From Phycisphaeraceae bacterium (GTDB taxonomy: Bacteria; Planctomycetota; Phycisphaerae; Phycisphaerales; Phycisphaeraceae), in contig OY771506.1 of NCBI GenBank assembly GCA_963674705.1, positions 2,208,001 to 2,272,000 on the forward strand: a stretch of 64,000 nucleotides of DNA. Direction: 5' to 3'. The translations under genes and the position numbers were made by a program. Shown here piece after piece: positions 57,886 through 64,000 of this stretch. Positions within the stretch are counted from its first letter, which is position 1. Each line of letters opens with the position of its first letter. Below the pieces are notes generated by a model, which had not been told where the DNA came from, ran no database searches, and saw nothing but the letters and a program-made list of their open reading frames with translations.

Positions 57886-59355
57886 ATGACACGGATCAAC
57901 ACCAACGTTTCTTCGCTGATAGCCCAGCGTAACCTGGCCAAGACCAATGATGACCTGAGCACCAGGCTGCAGCGGCTGAGCACGGGTCTTCAGATCAACC
58001 GCGGAGCGGATGACCCCGCCGGCTTGATCGTCTCTGAACGCTTGCGGACAGAGATCTCCGGCGTCGGGCAGGCTGTGGACAACATCGAACGTGCCAGCAA
58101 CGTCATCGCGACCGCCGAAGGCGCTCTATCGGAAATCAGCGACCTGCTGATCTCCATGAAGAGCCTCGTGGTGGAAGCGGCGAACACGGGCGCCTTTTCT
58201 GATGATGAAATCAAGGCCAACCAGTTGCAGATCGACTCGGCCATCGACTCGATCACACGTATCGCCAACACCACCAGTTTCGCCGGCCTCAAGCTGCTCA
58301 ACGGCTCGCTGGACTATGTCCACCAGGGCCTGACCGCCAGCCAGATCAGCGACGTCAAGATCACCGGCGTGAACTTCGGCACCAACTCAACGTTGCCGGT
58401 CACCGTCGAAGTGCTCAACTCCGCTGAGACCGCGACGATGTACATCTCCGCCGCCAATCCGGCGACCGGATCGACGATCCTCTCCAGCATCAACTTCTCC
58501 ATCGCGGGGGTTAATGGTGTGGAGGTCTTCGAGTACGTCTCCGGTACGAAGCTGTCGGCGATCGTATTCGGTTTGAACGCGGTGTCCGACGCCACGGGCG
58601 TCTCTGCATCGCTGGTGAACACCTCTGCGATCCAGATCAACAGCCTGTCGTTTGGTTCGGAAAATTACGTTTCGGTCAAGAAGCTCAATAACGAAAACCA
58701 GAGCTTCCGCGTCGTGGACGCACTGGGCGGTACGGAAATCAACCGTGATGAAGGTGCGGACGTGCTGGCACTGGTCAACGGCAACCTCGCGCTGGGTGAC
58801 GGCCTTGATGTGACCCTGCGGACAACCTCGTTGAGCCTGGAACTGTCGCTGACCTCCGGGTCCGCGCAGACACTCAATACGCCTTACACCTTCACGATCA
58901 CCGGCGGTGGGGCGACCTACCAGATCGGCCCGAGCATCAACAGCCAGCAGCAGATCGGCTTCGGCATCCAGTCCGTGGCCGCGAACAACCTCGGCAACTC
59001 GGTCGTCGGCTACCTCAGCAGCATGAAGAGCGGCGGCTCCAACTCGCTGGTGCAGGGTTCAGACCCGGCCGACCAGGCCAGGATGGCTGCGGATGTACTC
59101 GACGAATCGATCGACCAGGTCTCGATCCTCCGAGGCCGACTCGGCGCCTTCGAGAAGAACACGTTACAGACGACATTGCGAAGCTCGCAGATCGCGATGG
59201 AGAACCTGACGGCTTCCGAAAGCGACATCCGCGACACCGACTTCGCCGAAGAGACCGCGAAGTTGACACGTGCCCAGATCCTGCAGCAGGCAGGCACGCA
59301 GACACTGGCGATCGCGAATCAGAACGCCTCGAACGTACTAGCACTGCTCGGCTAA
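57886..59355 (+). CDS. fliC: Flagellin
   Basis: AGGAGG RBS, RINTNV, RLSTGLQINRGADDPAGL, RGRLGA, SDIRDTDFAEE, QILQQAG, VLALL. Confidence 0.96.
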   Translation: MTRINTNVSSLIAQRNLAKTNDDLSTRLQRLSTGLQINRGADDPAGLIVSERLRTEISGVGQAVDNIERASNVIATAEGALSEISDLLISMKSLVVEAANTGAFSDDEIKANQLQIDSAIDSITRIANTTSFAGLKLLNGSLDYVHQGLTASQISDVKITGVNFGTNSTLPVTVEVLNSAETATMYISAANPATGSTILSSINFSIAGVNGVEVFEYVSGTKLSAIVFGLNAVSDATGVSASLVNTSAIQINSLSFGSENYVSVKKLNNENQSFRVVDALGGTEINRDEGADVLALVNGNLALGDGLDVTLRTTSLSLELSLTSGSAQTLNTPYTFTITGGGATYQIGPSINSQQQIGFGIQSVAANNLGNSVVGYLSSMKSGGSNSLVQGSDPADQARMAADVLDESIDQVSILRGRLGAFEKNTLQTTLRSSQIAMENLTASESDIRDTDFAEETAKLTRAQILQQAGTQTLAIANQNASNVLALLG

Positions 59356-59445
59356 CGTTCCGCGCCGGCCCTATCGGTGGGGTAGGGCAGCGCGGCGCCG
59401 AGTGGCGTGAGTTCGTTGGAAAGGCAATACGCCTAAGGTGACCGG

Positions 59446-59480
59446 CCCTCACCCCGGCCCTCTCCCAAGGGGAGAGGGAG
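59446..59480. repeat. CCCTCACCCC..CCCTCTCCC..GGGAGAGGG palindromic element
   Basis: CCCTCACCCCGGCCCTCTCCCAAGGGGAGAGGGAG; single copy in the window. Confidence 0.65.
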
Positions 59481-59501
59481 TAAGCGGTCTGAAGTTTCAC
59501 C

Positions 59502-61265
59502 ATGGATTTGGACGCCGCGATCCAGTTTGCCGCTTCGGCGCTAAGCGCGGGGCGATTGGCGGAAGCCGAGACAACCTGTAAATCAATCCTGGCCGCTGAA
59601 CGTGATTCAGCGGTCGTTTTGCAATTGCTCGGGCTGATCAAACACCGCAAGCAACAATACGATGCTGCGGTCAAACACCTCAAGCGTTCGGTTCAGCTCA
59701 ATCCCGATCAAGCGGTCTGGCACTTCAACCTGGGTGTCTCCTGTCGTGCGGCGGGGAAACTCGAAGACGCCCGGCAGGCCTATTTGCATGCGGTACGGCT
59801 CGATCCGACGTACACCTCGGCGCATTACAACCTCGGTTCGGTATTGATTGCGCTTGGTGAGACAGATCAGGCGCTTGAATGCTTTAAAACCACGCTGAAG
59901 CTGGACCCTGAGCACGGCAACGCGTGTTTCCATGCGGGGGCGCTATACCGGGATGCGGGTAATAACGGCCGGGCACTGAAGATGCTGCGCAAGGCGGCGC
60001 AATTATTACCCGATGATGAGCAGGTCCTACTTGCGCTGGCGGTGGTGTTGATTGATGCGGCCGAGTTGGATGAGGCGAAAACACTGTTAGAGGGGGTGCT
60101 GCGCGATAAGCCGGGGTCTGGCGGGGCGGCGACGAACCTGGCGGTGGTTTACGAGCGGATGGGCGAGCCGGCGCAGGCGTGGGAGTTGATCGAACCGTTA
60201 CTCGGTGAATCGGGTGTGGGGGCGGATGCGGCGCTGGTGTTTGCGGATTTTGCGAAGAAGCTGGGCAAGGAAGGGCGTGCGATCGAGGCACTGCACGATT
60301 CGCTTGAACAGGATGATGGGGCAGGCGATCGGCAGATGTTGTGCCACTTCGCGCTTGGCCGGCTGTATGACGAGCGGGGCCAAGCGGACGAGGCGTTTGA
60401 GCACTTTGAACAAGGCAACGGATTAAAGCATCGGCGGTTCGATCCTGATGAGCACGAGCAATACGTCGAGATGATCCTGCGTGCGTTTGATGGAGGTTCA
60501 CTAACCAGGCATGAGCGAGCGACGAACGCGGATGGTCGGCCGGTGTTCATCGTGGGGATGCCGCGGTCGGGCACGAGCCTGGTGGAACAGATCCTGGCGA
60601 CACACGAACAGGTAACAGGCGGGGGCGAGTTGCCGACGGTGTCGAACCTGGCGCGTCAGCTCGAGCATTTAACGAACGGGGCCGATGGGAAGCGAGCGTA
60701 TCCGGATGTCATTACGCAAGCGCAGCTAGATGAGATGGCGCGGATATATTTGGCGCAGATCGAAAGGATCGATGCCGGGGCGTCGCGTGTGACGGATAAG
60801 ACGCCGACGAATTTTTTGTATTTAGGTTTGATCGCACGCATGCTGCCCGGGGCAAAGATCATCCACTGCAAACGCGATCCGATGGCGGCGTGCTGGTCGT
60901 GCTATACCAAGAACTTCGTCGGCAGCCATGCCTACAGCTACAACCTCGAGCATCTGGGTCTGTATCACCGCCAGTACCAGCGGTTGATGACGCATTGGCG
61001 GCGGGTGCTGGATGTCCCGATGCTGGAGGTGGAGTACGAGCGGCTGGTCAGCGAGCCGGAGACACAGATGCGTCAGTTGATCGGGTTTGCCGGGCTTGAA
61101 TGGTCAGACGTTTGCCTGCGGTTCCATGAGAACAAACGGCGGGCGCCGTCGGCGAGCTACGACCAGGTGCGTCAGCCGATCTATACCAACGCGATCGACC
61201 ACTGGCGGCGGTACGAGAGGCATCTTGGCCCGCTGCGCGAGGCGCTGGGTAGGTCGGCGGCGTGA
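59502..61265 (+). CDS. TPR-repeat sulfotransferase-family protein
   Basis: N-terminal TPRs, PVFIVGMPRSGTSLVEQIL, DKTPTNF, RDP...S, SYDQVRQPIY. Confidence 0.92.
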   Translation: MDLDAAIQFAASALSAGRLAEAETTCKSILAAERDSAVVLQLLGLIKHRKQQYDAAVKHLKRSVQLNPDQAVWHFNLGVSCRAAGKLEDARQAYLHAVRLDPTYTSAHYNLGSVLIALGETDQALECFKTTLKLDPEHGNACFHAGALYRDAGNNGRALKMLRKAAQLLPDDEQVLLALAVVLIDAAELDEAKTLLEGVLRDKPGSGGAATNLAVVYERMGEPAQAWELIEPLLGESGVGADAALVFADFAKKLGKEGRAIEALHDSLEQDDGAGDRQMLCHFALGRLYDERGQADEAFEHFEQGNGLKHRRFDPDEHEQYVEMILRAFDGGSLTRHERATNADGRPVFIVGMPRSGTSLVEQILATHEQVTGGGELPTVSNLARQLEHLTNGADGKRAYPDVITQAQLDEMARIYLAQIERIDAGASRVTDKTPTNFLYLGLIARMLPGAKIIHCKRDPMAACWSCYTKNFVGSHAYSYNLEHLGLYHRQYQRLMTHWRRVLDVPMLEVEYERLVSEPETQMRQLIGFAGLEWSDVCLRFHENKRRAPSASYDQVRQPIYTNAIDHWRRYERHLGPLREALGRSAA

Positions 61266-61284
61266 AACGCGGTAGCATATCGGT

Positions 61285-61956
61285 GTGCTGGCGATAGAGA
61301 ACCTGCAAATCAGAGCGAATCCCTTTGATGGCCCCGCGCTCATCGAAGGCTTATCTATCAAGGTGGAACGCTACCAGGCGGTGGGGATTGTTGGGCCTTC
61401 GGGGTGTGGCAAGTCGACGCTGCTGCGTTCGATCGCGGGGTTGATTGATCCGGTGGGCGGAGAGGTGGCGATCGATGGTCGCTCGCCGATGGAGCTTGGC
61501 TACCCTGAGTTTCGTAGGCGCGTGATGCTTGTGCCGCAACGGCCGACCGTGTGGGATGGATCGGTGTGTGACAACCTGCTGCGGCCGCGCAGTTTTGATG
61601 CGGTTAGACATGAATATACGCGTGGCGGTTGCGAGGCGATGCTGGGCAAGGTCGGCTTGGCTGATAAGTTGGATGCGTCCGCGGCGACGTTATCCGAAGG
61701 AGAAAAGCAACGCGTTTGCCTGGTTCGTGCGGTGTTGGCTGAACCTGACTTTTTGCTTCTGGATGAGCCGACGTCTGCGCTTGATGGCGGATCGGTGGGG
61801 TGGGTAGAGTCGCTGCTTCGTCAAGCGATGAGTGATAACGATGGGATGGGGGCGTTAGTTGCGACACATGACCGCGCCTTTGCAGAACGCTTTTGTTCAA
61901 ACGTGATCGACCTGGCTGATTACATGCCTGCGGGGAAGGTGGTGAGTCATGCTTGA
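61285..61956 (+). CDS. ABC ATP-binding protein (FetA/YbbL-like)
   Basis: GPSGCGKS, LSEGEKQR, LLDEPTSALD, ATHD. Confidence 0.88.
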   Translation: MLAIENLQIRANPFDGPALIEGLSIKVERYQAVGIVGPSGCGKSTLLRSIAGLIDPVGGEVAIDGRSPMELGYPEFRRRVMLVPQRPTVWDGSVCDNLLRPRSFDAVRHEYTRGGCEAMLGKVGLADKLDASAATLSEGEKQRVCLVRAVLAEPDFLLLDEPTSALDGGSVGWVESLLRQAMSDNDGMGALVATHDRAFAERFCSNVIDLADYMPAGKVVSHA

Positions 61957-62779
61957 ATTGGCGGTCGATGAGTATGTCAGCCACGCGATCGTATTAAGTG
62001 GTTGGGACCTGGCGATCGCGGCGGGATTGGTCGTGTTGGCAGGGCTGATCAGCCTCTTGTTGCGTTTGGGATTGGAGGGCCGATTAGCGATTGCGTCGCT
62101 GCGGACGGTGGTGCAGTTGATGCTGCTGGGGCTGGTGCTGCGGTTTGTGTTTGACCCGAGTGCGCATTGGTTGTTGGCGGTGGTGGTGGCGGTGATGCTG
62201 CTCATGGCAAGTCGGGAGGCGGTGCGGCGGTCGGAGAGCCGGTTCCGTGGGTTGACGCTGCTTGCGCTGGTGAGCCTGACGCTCAGCGCGATGTTCACGA
62301 CGGTGATGGTGACGGGCGTGATCGTGGGAGTGGAGCCCTGGTACGAGCCTCGCTACATGATCCCGCTGCTGGGCATGATCCTGGGTAATGGGTTGACGGG
62401 TGTGTCGCTGTGTGTGGATACGTTGCTTACGGCGCTGCGTGAGAAGCACGGACACATCGAGACGGATTTAGCATTGGGTGCGACGCGCTGGGAAGCGGCG
62501 CGCGGGCCATTGCGCGACGCGGTGCGGCGGGGATTGATCCCGATCATCAACAGCATGAGCGTGGTGGGGATTGTGTCGATCCCCGGGATGATGACGGGCC
62601 AGATCCTTGCGGGGGCCGATCCTGCCGAGGCGGCGAAGTATCAGATCGTGGTGATGTTCATGATCTCCGCGTCAACAAGTTTGTGCTGCATGTTGATGGC
62701 GCTACTGATTTACAAACGGATGTTCAACAGCCGGCATCAGTTGCGTAGTGAGCTGATCGTGAAAGCGGGGGGAAGTTAG
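61949..62779 (+). CDS. fetB: ABC permease FetB/YbbM (UPF0014)
   Basis: RTVVQL, YMIPLLGMILGN, LALGAT, VGIVSIPGMMTGQILAG, YQI. Confidence 0.88.
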   Translation: MLELAVDEYVSHAIVLSGWDLAIAAGLVVLAGLISLLLRLGLEGRLAIASLRTVVQLMLLGLVLRFVFDPSAHWLLAVVVAVMLLMASREAVRRSESRFRGLTLLALVSLTLSAMFTTVMVTGVIVGVEPWYEPRYMIPLLGMILGNGLTGVSLCVDTLLTALREKHGHIETDLALGATRWEAARGPLRDAVRRGLIPIINSMSVVGIVSIPGMMTGQILAGADPAEAAKYQIVVMFMISASTSLCCMLMALLIYKRMFNSRHQLRSELIVKAGGS

Positions 62780-62791
62780 ATAAGAGTATTA

Positions 62792-62969
62792 ACCACAGAG
62801 GCACAGAGATCACAGAGAAGAGTTTATTTAACAGGGATGAACACAGATAAACACGGATACACGATGTATAGGAAAAGCATTTGAAATGCCTGCTTCCTCG
62901 CATCTGTGTTAATCCGTGTTTATCCCTGTTCCCAATTGCCTTTCTCTGTGTTCTCTGTGCCTCTGTGGT
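62792..62969. repeat. Nested double inverted repeat (CACAGAG family outside, 10-nt family inside), empty
   Basis: Outer arms 62792-62819/62942-62969 (27/28 complementary). Inner arms 62830-62858/62902-62930. Confidence 0.92.
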
Positions 62970-62980
62970 GAAACTGAATT

Positions 62981-63772
62981 TTAATCGCCATCGAGCAGTC
63001 GGCCGATGCCGCCGAGGATGGAGCCTTCGCCCTTGGCACTGCCGCCGGAGGAGGGGGCGTGCGCGATGATGCGGTCTGCCATTCTGCTGAAGGGCAGGGA
63101 TTGTATCCAGACGGTGCCGGGGCCGGTAAGGGTGGCGAGGAAGAGTCCTTCGCCGCCGAAGAACATGCTCTTGAGGTTGCCGGCACGTTGGATGTTGTAG
63201 TCGACGCCGGGGTCGAAAGCGACGAGGCAGCCGGTGTCGACCTTGAGCGTTTCGCCGGGGCCGAGTTCTCGTTGGATGATGGTGCCGCCGGCGTGGATGA
63301 AGGCGAGGCCGTCGCCGACGAGTTTCTGGAGGATAAAGCCCTCGCCGCCGAAGAAGCCTGCGCCGAGCCGCTTATTGAAAGCGATGCTGACTTTCGTGCC
63401 GAACGCGGCGCAGAGGAACGCGTCTTTCTGGCAGATGAGTTGGCCGCCATGTTCGGGGAGGTGGACCGGGATGATCTTGCCGGGATAAGGCGCGGCAAAG
63501 GCGACTTGTTTCTTGCCCATGCCGTTGTGTGTGAAGTGCGTCATGAACAGTGACTCGCCGGTCAGCGCGCGTTTACCGACGGAAAGGAGTTTACCCATCA
63601 CGCCTTCGTTAGCGGTTGAGCCGTCACCCATCTTCGCTTCGAAGGTGATGCCGTCTTCCATGTAATTCATGGCTCCGGCTTCGGCGATCACGGTTTCGCC
63701 CGGGTCGAGTTCGACGAGCACCATCTGCATGTCGTCGCCGACGATTTCGTAGTCAAGTTCATGGCTTTTCAT
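62981..63772 (-). CDS. TIGR00266 / AIM24-family protein
   Basis: [35 protein letters not shown] x2, [27 protein letters not shown]. Confidence 0.92.
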   Translation of the reverse strand: MKSHELDYEIVGDDMQMVLVELDPGETVIAEAGAMNYMEDGITFEAKMGDGSTANEGVMGKLLSVGKRALTGESLFMTHFTHNGMGKKQVAFAAPYPGKIIPVHLPEHGGQLICQKDAFLCAAFGTKVSIAFNKRLGAGFFGGEGFILQKLVGDGLAFIHAGGTIIQRELGPGETLKVDTGCLVAFDPGVDYNIQRAGNLKSMFFGGEGLFLATLTGPGTVWIQSLPFSRMADRIIAHAPSSGGSAKGEGSILGGIGRLLDGD

Positions 63773-64000
63773 TGTGTCTCCCTTTGATTGTGCCTGATGC
63801 TGTATGTCAGGAATATAGCGGAAATATAGAGTATAGCGTCAGTCTGTCATGGATTTGTGAAATATGTTGTTGGGCGGCGCAGAAGTGGGAAGATTTGTCG
63901 CGTTGGTGTGGATTAGTCTGTTGGATCATGTGTAGCGCGTTCGGATTCGGAGCAGATGCCGTTAAGCATGCCGCTGAAGACGACGTGGTGCAGGGGCAGG

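Noticed and set aside
1046..62969. CRISPR array interpretation of the recurring ACAGGGATGAACAC repeats
   Set aside because: Copies are inverted pairs dispersed over many loci, not direct repeats with regular unique spacers; no cas genes.

Overview
High-GC bacterial chromosomal segment, most likely a Planctomycete (Phycisphaerae-like). This rests on the dockerin+PEP-CTERM proteins, the MoxR/VWA cluster, the ClpP type and the flagellar gene set. Genes, in order: split ALDH pair, kdsA, DUF4240, a five-gene MoxR/VWA/DUF58/BatA operon, fur, purM, clpP, five secreted PEP-CTERM-type proteins, an MBOAT+SGNH acylation pair, ftsW, an OFA-type MFS, a MazG-like protein, dxs, ispA, murG, purE, a GNAT, an ABC ATPase, a peptidase, flgFGAHIJNKL-fliW-csrA-fliC, a TPR sulfotransferase, a fetAB-like pair and TIGR00266. 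The most striking non-gene signal is a family of intergenic inverted-repeat cassettes whose arms are short tandem repeats (7, 8/9 and 10 nt periods). All four junctions of the MoxR operon carry one. Three enclose an AT-rich cargo gene (two GxxExxY PD-(D/E)xK nucleases, one four-helix-bundle/23S-IVP-like protein) and one is empty. The stems start at or next to the upstream stop codon and end near the downstream start. Empty and nested copies of the same arms occur at several other junctions. No transposase, rRNA, tRNA or CRISPR array was found. All calls come from reading the sequence; no database search was run.
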